DNA of 64,000 nucleotides from Cyanophora paradoxa CCMP329 (lineage: Eukaryota > Plantae > Glaucophyta). Positions 49,626 through 59,830 of this stretch are shown in pieces. The stretch covers positions 141,541-205,540 of the forward strand of contig QPMI01000478.1 in NCBI GenBank assembly GCA_004431415.1. The letters are read 5' to 3'. The first letter of the stretch is position 1. Each line of letters starts with the position of its first letter. The notes under the pieces are model-generated. The model was not told where the DNA came from and searched no databases. It saw only the letters and a list, made by a program, of their open reading frames with translations. Made by a program: the position numbers and the translations under genes.

Positions 49626-49837
49626 ATTATTTTTCCCAGCATATTACTAGGCTGGGATATGCTGTTTATTCGCTGAAATACCCATTCATCCTTTTTGTAT
49701 CTGAACCACTCGATAAGTCGTGTGGAAATATTTCGTAGGGATACTTTCTCGATTTCCAACAAAAAATGATTGGGGGACCCAAAACTACTTAAAGAAAAAT
49801 CTTCTATATATATAAAAGGGACCCCCAATCGCTGAAA

Positions 49838-52162
49838 ATGAACGCCAAACAGACTAAATCGCTCAAATCGCTCGCTAACTGGCTCAGATCTGATGAGGAT
49901 CTAGCCAAAAACATGATTATCCCAGTGAAACCTGACAGCAAAGACCCTGTTTTCAAGCATAAGGGAGGTGCTTGGTCCTGGGAAAAGTATGAGGAAGCGC
50001 TGGCAACTAATCAGTATGTATCTTGGGGCATTCTGCTCTCAGACAACATGATGGTTATTGACTTTGATGATGAGGAGAACTTTGAGAAATTCCGGGATAT
50101 GTTTCCTGATGACTTTGATGCCAATCAGCCCATGGCAAAAACTAAAAAAGGCTATCATGTCTACTTTAAACGACCTGAGGAGTTCACTAAACTCAAAATC
50201 ACCGATAAGGCTCCTGGCTTTAAAGGCTTTGAAAAGGTTGACCTGAAAACAATCACTGGAACTGGTACTTCTGGATTGATCAATGTGTGTCCCAGTGTCA
50301 ACAAGGCTTGGGTGATCTCCCCATGGGATGATACCTGTGATTTCAATGAGCCTACTGATGACTTCAAAAAGTGGATAATAGATAACTACATCTATAAGAG
50401 TGAGTATACTGCTAATGCTACCTCACATGATGAACTGGAAAACAATATTATCAAAGAGCTGGTGGATATGGGATTTATGCATCCCAATATAATCTCTAAA
50501 ACTGAACTTGGCTTTAACTTTGATGCTGCTAACAAGGGACTCAATTGCCCATGCTGCAATGGTTCACATGAATCGAATAACTGGTATGTTATGAAAGCTA
50601 AAGGAGATGATAACAAATACATTGTGTCAAGCTACAGTGGAAATTGCAAAAAACGATTCATCTGCATTGGAATGCAATCTGATATCTTCAATCTTATAGA
50701 TAAATCCGCTGGTTCTGGTGGCGCTCATTATGATGTGAGTTTAGTATGCAAAGAGGTTCTTAAACATACATGGAGATACTCCAAAAAGTCATGGTTCAAA
50801 CTCAATACTGATACTGGGATTTGGGAGCATGATGACACAAACCTAAGATTTACCTAGATATAAGCCGTCTTGTTGTCCCCAATACCTTGGAAGGGCTGTG
50901 CATTATAGTCAAAGAGCTTTAAAGGATGAGGAAAACAAAGCAGCTTTCGAAGAAAGATCCAAAACATTGATGACCATTGCCAAAAATCTTAAACAATCAG
51001 GATTTCGCAAATCCCTTCTGACTGACTTGGTCCCACTGCTGAATGATGATGAATTCTTTGAGAAGATTGACACAGTTCCATATGTGATTGGATTCGAAAA
51101 TGGTGTATTTGATCTGACCACTATGACTTTCAGAAAGGGTAAACTGGAAGATATGGTGAGCAAGACTGTGGGTTATGACTATACTGAAAATGTAGACCCC
51201 AAGAAATAGAGCATCTCAATCAGATTTATAAAGAGATTGTGGATGATCCAGCAGAGCGAAAGTATCTTCTGGCATCCATTGCAATTGCCCTTAGTGGATC
51301 AACTAAATCCCAGAAGTTCTATATGTGGACTGGTGCTGGTGCTAATGGTAAATCACTTGTTCAGGAATACTGCAAACAGATATCTGGTCGCTATTACAGC
51401 CCTCTCGAAATATCCTATTGGACTAAGCCTAAAAAGAACTCATCAGAGGCTACTCCTGAACTTGCCAAACTCCTTGGAAAGCGACTTGTATTCAGTAATG
51501 AGGCTGAAGATGGTGATAAACTGCAGATCTCCAAGATTAAGGAGGTCACAGGTGGAAATGAAATGACTGTGAGAGCCTTGTTCAAAGACCCAGTTATCCT
51601 TACCCCAATGTTTCAGGTCTACATTACAACTAATGACAATTTGACTATAAATAAACCAGACTTTGCAATTCAAAGAAGACTTTCCTATCAGAGATTCAAT
51701 AATATATTCAGAGAGAAGCCAGAAGCTGGTCAAAAGAAAGCTGACCCAACTCTGTTCACACTTCTACACAATGATGATGAGTATAAGATGGCTCACATGA
51801 AGATATTACTGGATATGTGGAAGAACAAAGAGGTTGAAGAGATCTTAAGAAGTCCCCCTCAATCGATTATTGAACAGGGAATTAACTTTATAGCTGAAAA
51901 TGATAAGATTGGTGAATGGCTTCGAGATAATTTCGAGGTTACACATAATGCTAACGACTTTGTTTCCAGTGATATCATTTACAAATCATACAAAAGTGTT
52001 GATGATAAAGTTGAATGTGTATCTGTTATGAAGAGAGTAAGGGAGATCTTCAATGTTAAATCAGAGGTTAAACGAATTCATGGAACCAGAGCAAGGGGCT
52101 ACATTGGACTTCGAAAGATAACAAGGGTTCAAGAAGACAATGGAGAGGATGTTGAATATTAA
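49838..52162 (+). CDS. Prim-Pol (AEP) primase/polymerase fused to a Zn-binding region and D5-like SF3 helicase; three single-base frameshifts
   Basis: VIDFDD, TKKGYHVYF, VDLKT..GLINVCPS (Prim-Pol); CPCCNGSH; IGFENGVFDL (D5_N); Walker A GAGANGKS, Walker B VFSNE, motif C ITTN, AIQRRL. ORFs 49838-50857, 50898-51209 and 51239-52162 join by +1 base at ~50853, ~50882 and ~51206. Confidence 0.92.
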
Positions 52163-52205
52163 ACGAAACGATTAATGATTGATTTGTATATGTAATTTTT
52201 ATAGC

Positions 52206-52334
52206 CTTACTGGAAATGGTGTTGTTCACAGGTGTCACAGGTCCATCCCAGGGAAAGTCAAACATAAAAAATGATTAAGAAAATCGGTGGGATAGACCTG
52301 TGACACCTGTGACACCTGTGACACCTGTGACACC
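52206..52334. repeat. Iteron/inverted-repeat cassette right after the primase-helicase; inverted copy of 42024-42143; putative origin
   Basis: AAATGGTGTTGTTCACAGGTGTCACAGGTC is the exact reverse complement of sequence at ~42106-42135. An AT-rich spacer follows, then TGGGATAGACC(TGTGACACC)x4. Confidence 0.85.
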
Positions 52335-52401
52335 GATCGAAAAAGACCAAAATTTGACAAGAATACTTAAGGCTTACTTGATTGTGTATAGTGAAGACAA
52401 A

Positions 52402-52623
52402 ATGGCAAAGACTCTTGATGAGATGACCATGACTGAGTTAGATAAATGCATAAAGCATGGAGATATTGGAGCATATATCGAAATGTCACAGAGATTGATA
52501 GGTTACAATATGTATGCAGCAAAACCAAAAAGAAATAGATCAGTAAACATTCACATTACTGTTTCAGTGTCTGAGAATGCAAACAAAAAACAACAAAAGC
52601 ATATTTACAAAACTTATGTGTGA
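52402..52623 (+). CDS. Small hypothetical viral protein (73 aa)
   Basis: ATG in AAAATG context, with an AAAATTTGA..TACTTAAG motif upstream; reads MAKTLDEMTMTELDKCIKHG... Confidence 0.55.
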   Translation: MAKTLDEMTMTELDKCIKHGDIGAYIEMSQRLIGYNMYAAKPKRNRSVNIHITVSVSENANKKQQKHIYKTYV

Positions 52624-52710
52624 CTTGATTGCAAGTATAAAGCCAATTCCTTTGTATATATTTTTATAGCTGCCTCAGTGGCATACTGAGACCGCTTTTT
52701 CTCAATTATC

Positions 52711-52956
52711 TTATAGACCTGGGGGTCCATTGCTACTATCAGTGGGCAAATAATATTTAATCGGTCTCCCTCTAGGTCTCTGCTCCTCTTTTTGGGCTTT
52801 TCTTCGATAATAGGATGCCAAAGCTTGTTGTTTCTTATACTCTCTATATTCTGGGTCCTCTCTATATCGTTTCTGCTTTGCCAGTATGTGTCTAATAGCA
52901 CCCTCAGTTAAAGGCTCATCATTGGTAAACTCGATTAAACTAATTGTATCCTCCAT
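52711..52956 (-). CDS. Small basic protein with AT-hook-like motif (81 aa)
   Basis: MEDTISLIEF...KRYREDPEYREYKKQQALASYYRRK...RPRGRPIK. Confidence 0.65.
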   Translation of the reverse strand: MEDTISLIEFTNDEPLTEGAIRHILAKQKRYREDPEYREYKKQQALASYYRRKAQKEEQRPRGRPIKYYLPTDSSNGPPGL

Positions 52957-53212
52957 TAATATTTGCAGAGAAAACGTTTTCACCAGGTAAAGAACTTCTC
53001 CTTGGATACTCCTGTTGCTCATATGTATACTCTGTGGGGTCTGCTGGCATTGACTCCACAGACACTGTTGATCTTCTTCTCTCTCTTGCTTCTGAGGCAT
53101 TATCCTCATTATCTGACATCTCAAACTCTATTGTTGTGTCACAGCATCCACTGTGGCAATTGCTGACCACATGCAGACTGAGCATCTCAATAAACTTTCG
53201 TATTATATCCAT
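52940..53212 (-). CDS. Small hypothetical viral protein (90 aa) with CHSGCC motif
   Basis: ATG-initiated ORF tightly packed between co-oriented neighbours. Confidence 0.55.
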   Translation of the reverse strand: MDIIRKFIEMLSLHVVSNCHSGCCDTTIEFEMSDNEDNASEARERRRSTVSVESMPADPTEYTYEQQEYPRRSSLPGENVFSANINGGYN

Positions 53213-53234
53213 GTCTCTAATAAAACAGAGAAAA

Positions 53235-53969
53235 TTAAAGCCAAACTCGTCTTTTATATACTGTTGGGGCTACTCCCTTTTCTACTTCAGCTTTGGTGGC
53301 ACCAGGTTCAATGGTTCCCTTTTGGGTTTTTGTTTTCATTTCATCTACTGCCTGCTCATCGATTTGGTTCTCTTTCTTAGCAATAAACTGTTTATCTGGG
53401 ACACCAGTAATGCCCATTTTATAAACTTCCTTTCGAAGCATCTCCTTTAGCTTAGCCCTCTCTTTCTTCTCAGTAACATACTGCTCCAAGGCACTGGATT
53501 TGGCTTCCAAGTCTTTGAGTTTAGCAGTCATCTCATCCCATTGAGCTTTGGGAATTCGATGAATATTTTGAGTGGGAGCAGTCTTATATGTGACTTCACC
53601 AGCCATAGACTGGATAACCTTGTCTGATTCCTTACTTAGACCTTCACCTTTGCGAGCCAGTGATAGATCTTGCAAGCCTAAACCTTTATCATCAGCAGCA
53701 CCAATAATTCGCCTGGCACCCTCAGCAACAGCTTTCATTTTTGAGGCTTCTGGTGATATATTGAGTTGGTCACTGGTTGAAGCCTGTGGGGCTTTGTCAT
53801 CGACTGATTCCTCATAGGCAGCATTGAGGGGGTCTTCTTCTTGCTGTGAGGGCTTCACCTCATTCATACCATTGAATTTCATTGGTTCAGTATTAATGGA
53901 TCCATTGTTTCCACCACCTGAATAGCCAACAGCCCCAGCTGGGATCCCTATCTTTCGTTTGGGAGGCAT
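53235..53969 (-). CDS. Hypothetical charged protein (244 aa), possible virion core protein
   Basis: Starts MPPKRK; K/E-rich with a coiled-coil-like segment; lies in the morphogenesis gene run. The function is a guess from position only. Confidence 0.7.
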   Translation of the reverse strand: MPPKRKIGIPAGAVGYSGGGNNGSINTEPMKFNGMNEVKPSQQEEDPLNAAYEESVDDKAPQASTSDQLNISPEASKMKAVAEGARRIIGAADDKGLGLQDLSLARKGEGLSKESDKVIQSMAGEVTYKTAPTQNIHRIPKAQWDEMTAKLKDLEAKSSALEQYVTEKKERAKLKEMLRKEVYKMGITGVPDKQFIAKKENQIDEQAVDEMKTKTQKGTIEPGATKAEVEKGVAPTVYKRRVWL

Positions 53970-53997
53970 TGTATCTTTATTAGAATGAGAGATAATT

Positions 53998-54780
53998 TTA
54001 TAAACCGCGTTTATATCGCATCAATTTATTGCTATGGACTTGGCTTTTCACTTCTTTGGGGGCTTCCTCTTTTTCTGGTGGTTTCAGTTCATCCTCTTTC
54101 TTTTTTGGCTTCCTGTGGAAGCGAGGAAATGGGAAATCTTTCACAAGCTCAGCTTTATCTACATAGTATTTAACTGAGTAGTTTGCAGAGGACCAAATGA
54201 TATACTGATAGGAGTGAACATACTCTTCAAACATCTTGTAGAAATCCTCTTTATTTCGCATTATATTGTATTCTTCCTCTATGGCTTCAAGTTCTTTGCG
54301 ATTAGCAGCACTGAGAAACATAGCATAGTCAGAATTGACTCGAATAGTCGAAGAGACTTTTCTTAGCTTTTGTGTGATGCAGATAATGGATATTTTCGAA
54401 TGGCGACCTCTGGAATACAGAGATCCGATTATTTTATCCCTTGTGAGATCGACTATCTCATTATCGATTAAATCATCTAAAACTACACATAACTGGTTAA
54501 CAGGTTCACCCTTTTCTATTTTCTCTTGCCTCTCATCTAGCAATTTAGCAATGTAAGGGGCATCCCATTTTCCCAGTTGCAGTGTTGCCACTTTATCCCA
54601 GAAATGATTGAAGCTGGTTCCACTCACAACTAATACAACATCAATCTTTTTGGCATCATGCAACTGCTTCAACCAATACTTTACAGCTTCTGATTTACCA
54701 GTTGCTGATTTTCCTATTGCCAATACACGAAATGGTGGTTCTATCATTTCACCAGCCACAAATTCATCCAGATCATTCAT
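53998..54780 (-). CDS. A32-like (FtsK/HerA superfamily) genome-packaging ATPase
   Basis: Walker A GKSATGKS, Walker B CVVLDDL, A32 signature SRGRHSKISIICITQ, IRVNSDY. Confidence 0.95.
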   Translation of the reverse strand: MNDLDEFVAGEMIEPPFRVLAIGKSATGKSEAVKYWLKQLHDAKKIDVVLVVSGTSFNHFWDKVATLQLGKWDAPYIAKLLDERQEKIEKGEPVNQLCVVLDDLIDNEIVDLTRDKIIGSLYSRGRHSKISIICITQKLRKVSSTIRVNSDYAMFLSAANRKELEAIEEEYNIMRNKEDFYKMFEEYVHSYQYIIWSSANYSVKYYVDKAELVKDFPFPRFHRKPKKKEDELKPPEKEEAPKEVKSQVHSNKLMRYKRGL

Positions 54781-54845
54781 TGTTGTATATCTTTCTAAAT
54801 AAAGACAGATAAAAATAATGCAGGAAGACTGAATATCGTAACAAT

Positions 54846-56219
54846 CTATAAATTAATTCTGCGTAAACCATCTTTGTCGACAATAAGGAAACTATGCATG
54901 AGAGCGCGAACATTAACATCAATTGTCTTATCTGAAGGCATGTAGAGGGTGAGGAATGAAGATGAGGAATTTGTTAAATCAACATAACCAGACTGGGCAA
55001 TATTTCGAATTGCCTTTTCTCCATCAAGGCAGAATGGGAGTCCTGAAAGGACATAGCGATCAGCAACCTTATCCATGTTAGAGCATTTGAAGGCATCAGC
55101 AATTAGCTCAGCACCTTTGAGTAGGGAAATTGGCTCAGTGGCAAAAAGTCGCTGACCATTTATTTCAGTTGTAAATGTTATGTCTTTGGAGTTGGCATAG
55201 GTCTTAAGAACACTATGGGAGCCTGTGGATTTGTCAACAGTTGCATTATCACGAACTGAAACAAGCAGAGCATATACAAGACCAGAGATTTGTGAGAGGT
55301 TGATTCGATTGGGTTGGGCATTGCCCTTAGCAGGGAAAGCAATAGCATCAACAAATCCAATATCAAGGGAGGGAATAGCCATGCCAGTAGTCTTAACCTT
55401 TTCAATTACAGTAGCAAACAGCTCATCAGAAACATTAATAGCATGCATGTAAAGGCGAGGAGAAGTAATTGAAATTTCAGGAGTTGTTGCACCAAGAGTA
55501 AAGCCTGTGATGTTTTGTCCAACATTTGCCAGAACAGTTTCAGCAGGGGCAGTTCCAAGACCATCATCTTTTGAATAATCTACATCAGCTGCTGCAACAG
55601 TAAGACCACGACCACCATAGGATGTTTCAACATAGCCTTTTCCAACATCCTTAAACCAAACAGTAACAACCATTTCACCAGATAAAGCACCAAGGGGAAG
55701 GTAGTGATTTAGCCAAGGCACAGGGATTTCAACGAAAAATGAGCCACCAAGTCGGTTGGTTCCATGAGCAGGGATGCCATGAACCATGCCCATTGATCGC
55801 TTCTTTTTAGCTAGTTGATCTTCCGAATAATAGACCAGGGGGAAATGAGCAAGGAAATCAGAGGGGATATGGTAGGTGTAAGATCCATAGGTAATTTCAA
55901 GTCGCTGAACTAAAGCACCAACTGGGCGAGTGTATCCATTGCGAACAAGGTCAGTATCGCCAGCAAAAGCAGTGATCTCTGGAAGGTCGAAAGCAAGTTC
56001 GAGTTTTCCACAGAAATTGTAGCGAGGTAGCTTGAAGGAAATGCGATTTCCTACATTATTTGTGAAAGTATTGCTGGGATTCACAACAACTAGAACTGGC
56101 TTTGACTTGGATTCGAGACCAAGCATAAGAGAGTTATCCAGGAAAAAGGCTTTCGCCTCCTCTGGGGTTGTTAGGGCTTCTTTCAGCGAAAGTCTTTGAA
56201 GAGTGGAAGTGATATCCAT
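54846..56219 (-). CDS. Double jelly-roll major capsid protein (457 aa)
   Basis: Beta-rich protein between the ATPase and the penton, with DJR-like segments NRISFKLPR, LVQRLEITYG, FFVEIPVPW..YLPLGAL..MVVTVWF, INLSQISGLVYALLVSVR, EINGQRL. First ATG at 56219. Confidence 0.85.
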   Translation of the reverse strand: MDITSTLQRLSLKEALTTPEEAKAFFLDNSLMLGLESKSKPVLVVVNPSNTFTNNVGNRISFKLPRYNFCGKLELAFDLPEITAFAGDTDLVRNGYTRPVGALVQRLEITYGSYTYHIPSDFLAHFPLVYYSEDQLAKKKRSMGMVHGIPAHGTNRLGGSFFVEIPVPWLNHYLPLGALSGEMVVTVWFKDVGKGYVETSYGGRGLTVAAADVDYSKDDGLGTAPAETVLANVGQNITGFTLGATTPEISITSPRLYMHAINVSDELFATVIEKVKTTGMAIPSLDIGFVDAIAFPAKGNAQPNRINLSQISGLVYALLVSVRDNATVDKSTGSHSVLKTYANSKDITFTTEINGQRLFATEPISLLKGAELIADAFKCSNMDKVADRYVLSGLPFCLDGEKAIRNIAQSGYVDLTNSSSSFLTLYMPSDKTIDVNVRALMHSFLIVDKDGLRRINL

Positions 56220-56272
56220 TATATTCTCTTTTATTATACTGCAACATAAAAAATCTACCAATGATCCTTAAT

Positions 56273-57283
56273 TTATGCGAAGTTTGTAATAACTGGATAG
56301 GAAGGGTGAAGCTGCGACATTCTCATCTTATAGTATTCATAAACTGGGTCCCCAGCTGGCTCATCACCATAGCGAATTTCAAAGGTAAGATGAACAGGTT
56401 GACCCTCGAAATCAATTGGTTCATTTACAGCATTCACAATATCAACCGAGAAAGTGGATAATCCAACCTTCTTATTATAGTATTTGTAAAGTGGATGAGC
56501 CTCTGTCGAATTGTAAACTACATGCTCACCATAATCTTTGTCAGGGACCACTATTTTATGGAAGTAACCAGTCAGAAGACCATCCCCACATTGCACCAGA
56601 TCACCCAGCTCCTTTACTCTCACAAACAAAACACTATCCCTGGTCGTCTCAGGCTCAAATGAAGATATAATACCGTTCACTCGAGTCCCAGTAAAGATAC
56701 CATCAGTGAGACCATCATAAACTTGTGATTTGATTGGGGAATTGCCATATCTTCCAGGATCAAGACCAAAAAGTCGAGCTGAGCTTAACAGCTTTTGGAT
56801 TGTTTGCAGGTTTGGGTTTACAGCAAGTGAGAAAGCCAGGTAAAACTTTTTTTCGGAATGGAAAATAATTCGTTTCAGTGTCTCATCCCATTTGCAGCGA
56901 AGAGATGGTTTAGGATTTCTGTCATTAAACTTTTCATTTATAACATTCACCAGCTGTTGGTGGTTTTGAATGGGGGTTTCGCGATTTACAATGAATTGTT
57001 TCCATTGTTCAAAATCAGCAGCTGGGCGAGTTGTTGGAATTCCTGTTATTCCAGCTCCTGCAAGTTCTTCAGAATAATAAATACTAAATGTGTTATCAAC
57101 TGTAACATCTCCTGCTTTGGTTTCACCACTCACCATAGGGATGCTGTTATAAAATTCGGCTGAGACCAGTCTCACAGCCCTCACATTCTCATAAGTACTG
57201 GGGAGTCTTGCCACAAAGCTTGATGTGGGACCATCACCAGAGATTGTATTAAATGAGCTAACCTCGATGTAATCCACAGGCAT
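56273..57283 (-). CDS. Minor capsid protein (penton) 1
   Basis: N-terminal YIEVSS..SSFVARLPSTYENVRAVRLVSAEFYNS and C-terminal FSVDIVNAVNEPIDFEGQPVHLTFEI, typical single-jelly-roll penton motifs. Confidence 0.82.
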   Translation of the reverse strand: MPVDYIEVSSFNTISGDGPTSSFVARLPSTYENVRAVRLVSAEFYNSIPMVSGETKAGDVTVDNTFSIYYSEELAGAGITGIPTTRPAADFEQWKQFIVNRETPIQNHQQLVNVINEKFNDRNPKPSLRCKWDETLKRIIFHSEKKFYLAFSLAVNPNLQTIQKLLSSARLFGLDPGRYGNSPIKSQVYDGLTDGIFTGTRVNGIISSFEPETTRDSVLFVRVKELGDLVQCGDGLLTGYFHKIVVPDKDYGEHVVYNSTEAHPLYKYYNKKVGLSTFSVDIVNAVNEPIDFEGQPVHLTFEIRYGDEPAGDPVYEYYKMRMSQLHPSYPVITNFA

Positions 57284-57312
57284 TCTTCTTTTATCTATAT
57301 TTATATATTAAA

Positions 57313-58243
57313 ATGAATCGACTTGTTAATATTGATAGCAGGGATAGAAGCCAAGGACAAAATGAAAACTCTTACAGGGTCACCCTCACAACTCCAGTAG
57401 AGAGACCAAGGGAATGCAGGGTTCTATATGCAGAGATTCCAAACAGTATCTATAACAGTGTGGGAACTGATCATCTAACAGTTCAGTTTAATTACCAAGA
57501 TGGTTCATATAACCAAGTGATCACACAACAAGTGTATCCCCTTCCCAGTGGCTACATCAATCAGGGTCATTTTGGGGTAACACACCCTTATAATTATGGG
57601 CTGAACTATTCAAGCTTCCAAACCATTGCAGGCAAAACAGTAGCTTTTGAGTTCAAGATATTCTACAACCCAACAACCTATAAAGTGGAGTTTTACAGTA
57701 ACCATGAGTTTCGTTTTATTGCAAGCAACCAGAGAATAGGAAAGCTTTTGGGTGTAAGTTCTACTGAATACACCACTGGGTATTATAGCACTCCTCCTGT
57801 TGGTGGATCTCCCTATCGACCTGAGAACCTTTTAAAGTATGATGGCAAACCTATTACACCTGATCACCCAGCATGGGGAATCACCTTCTCAGGACCCAGA
57901 CTCTCCTCTAAGCCCTTGCAATATTATTTTGACAGCAGGAAGATGTCTGATATGAATGCTGAGCAGTATCTGTACATGCATATTAAAGAGCTGTCCCCTT
58001 TGCCAGCAGACACAATATAATTCCAAAATCGCAACCACAAAATCAGGGAGCTATCCTTAGATTGCAATTGAGTAAGGATATAGGGGCTATGTTTACCATA
58101 GTGGTGAGCATGCAGAATTTATTCAAATCAATGACAGAAACCTGGTGATAAGGGAACTCACAGTTGAATTTAAAGATTACTTTGGTGAACTGATTGATAT
58201 GAATGGAATCGATAATTCTTTTCAGTTGGAGTTTATCGAATAA
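57313..58243 (+). CDS. Minor capsid protein (penton) 2; two homopolymer frameshifts near the 3' end
   Basis: LVNIDSRDR..YRVTL..VLYAEIPNSIYN. After restoring bases at ~58014 and ~58085 it ends LTVEFKDYFGELIDMNGIDNSFQLEFIE* (TAA 58241-58243). Confidence 0.85.
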
Positions 58244-59787
58244 AGGCACCTGTAAAGTCAACTCTCATTGTGGGAGCATTCACATACACAAGGGGATAAA
58301 TGCGAATATATCTTATTCTCAGAGAATAACCTATGTAAAAAGCATCCTTGATGCTGAGAGGGAACCCACTCAATAGAGCCACATCACCAGAGTTGTGAGC
58401 ATTGTTAATGTTCTCACAGACATATATTTTGTTTTGCCCATCTGATCGAATAAAAGACCAGTTGATCCCATCAGTGGATGTTGCCACATTGAAAGTCTTA
58501 ATAAAAGCATTGGTGTCCCTGATCCATAGGCAATCACAGAGGAGAGTTCAAAAGTATATGGAAAAGCAACTTGAAGGTATTCAGTGGGGGTTTCCCATAT
58601 CTGCTCAGGAGCATAGGCTCCAGCTTCCCAGCCAAATGCTGAAGGTCTAGCCATGAAAGGCTCTTTACCAGTCACAGAGGATGAGGCAGTGAAGGCATCA
58701 TCTGCAAGCTGATACCAATTAGCATCTAAAGGAGGTGACTCTGTGAGAGTGGATGAGATGTAAGCCTTTGTAGGGTTCTTTAGTTCATAGTTTGCTACTA
58801 GTAGGCTGCAAAGCTTATTAATCATATCATTGTTTGCTGCAATGTATGTTTCAGTGAATGCTAGCATATCTGGGATTTTAGAAGTGTCATCCAGAGAGCT
58901 TACTATATGATTTGGAAGAGGGACTGATAGCCTATAGTATCTCCCATAATCCTGATCATAGTTGTATGGTAACAACTCCTCCATCTTATCAAGGGCAGAA
59001 AGCTCACTTGCAGCCATGAGCATGTTAATCAATGGGCTTCCATCTGTTGAGGCAATCCATGAGAGAATTCCCCAGCTGTTTACAGTCTCATAAGCATAAC
59101 CCACATAATCAGACTCTAAATGTGGGTCCACCTCTCCACAAGAGATACTTATTACTATAATGTCATCATCATCACTGTAAATCTTCTTTGCATGGCTGTA
59201 ACCACACACACTGGGATTATTGTTTCCCGAAATGGCACCATCAATGAGACAGACATATACCCCCGATTGAAATCAACAATGCTTACAGGAGAGAAATATG
59301 TAGGAGCAGCAGAGGTAGCCCTAGCAGCAATCTTACAAGGCAGAAAGTTGTAATTGTTATCATTTGTGATAAATATTGGTTTCATATTCTGAGTATCAAA
59401 GGATGTGATCACAATGTCCTTTAGGGAATCCTGTATTAGTGATTCCCCAGTAACTGAATTGATTGCAGTCTCCAAGGGTCCCACATCATACTTTGTATTA
59501 AATAGGGCATTTTCGATTATATTTCGAGGATTTGCGAAAATCAAGGGCAGTTGGGCTAGGTAAATGTTGTGTAAATCGTTTGCTGTGAGTTTAGGTTCAC
59601 CTGGTTTATCAGGATGCCTTATATTCAAACCTATTGCAATGATCCCACCAGTGGAAGTTCCACTCACAAGATCCACAAGATCGATTATTCTCCTGCCAGT
59701 TCGATTTTCGATTTCTTTTAGCAGCCTGGTTATGATAATGCCCCTTGCACCCCCGCCAGAAAGACTTAAAACGACCTTGAGAGGCAT
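58233..59787 (-). CDS. Patatin-like phospholipase fused to a C-terminal F5/8 type C (discoidin) domain (~518 aa after two frameshift corrections)
   Basis: LSLSGGGARG, GTSTGG (nucleophile Ser), ATSAAPTYF, CLIDGAISGNNNP (catalytic Asp). Then DDAFTASS..W..EYLQVAF..FNVATSTDGINW..RYIRIYP..MRVDFTG. Joins need +1 base in the C-run at ~59260 and at ~58518. Confidence 0.88.
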
Positions 59788-59830
59788 CTTTTACTTATCA
59801 GGAATTTTATAAATCCATATAGTAAAAGCC

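Noticed and set aside
52300-52401. N-terminal MTPVTPVTPVTP extension of the ORF at 52300
   Set aside because: It is a translation of the TGTGACACC iterons; the ATG at 52402 is the plausible start.
45146-59787. Calling polB, helicase, penton 2 and patatin pseudogenes, or invoking programmed frameshifting
   Set aside because: All breaks are same-direction single-base losses in homopolymers, best explained as sequencing error. This remains unconfirmed without reads.
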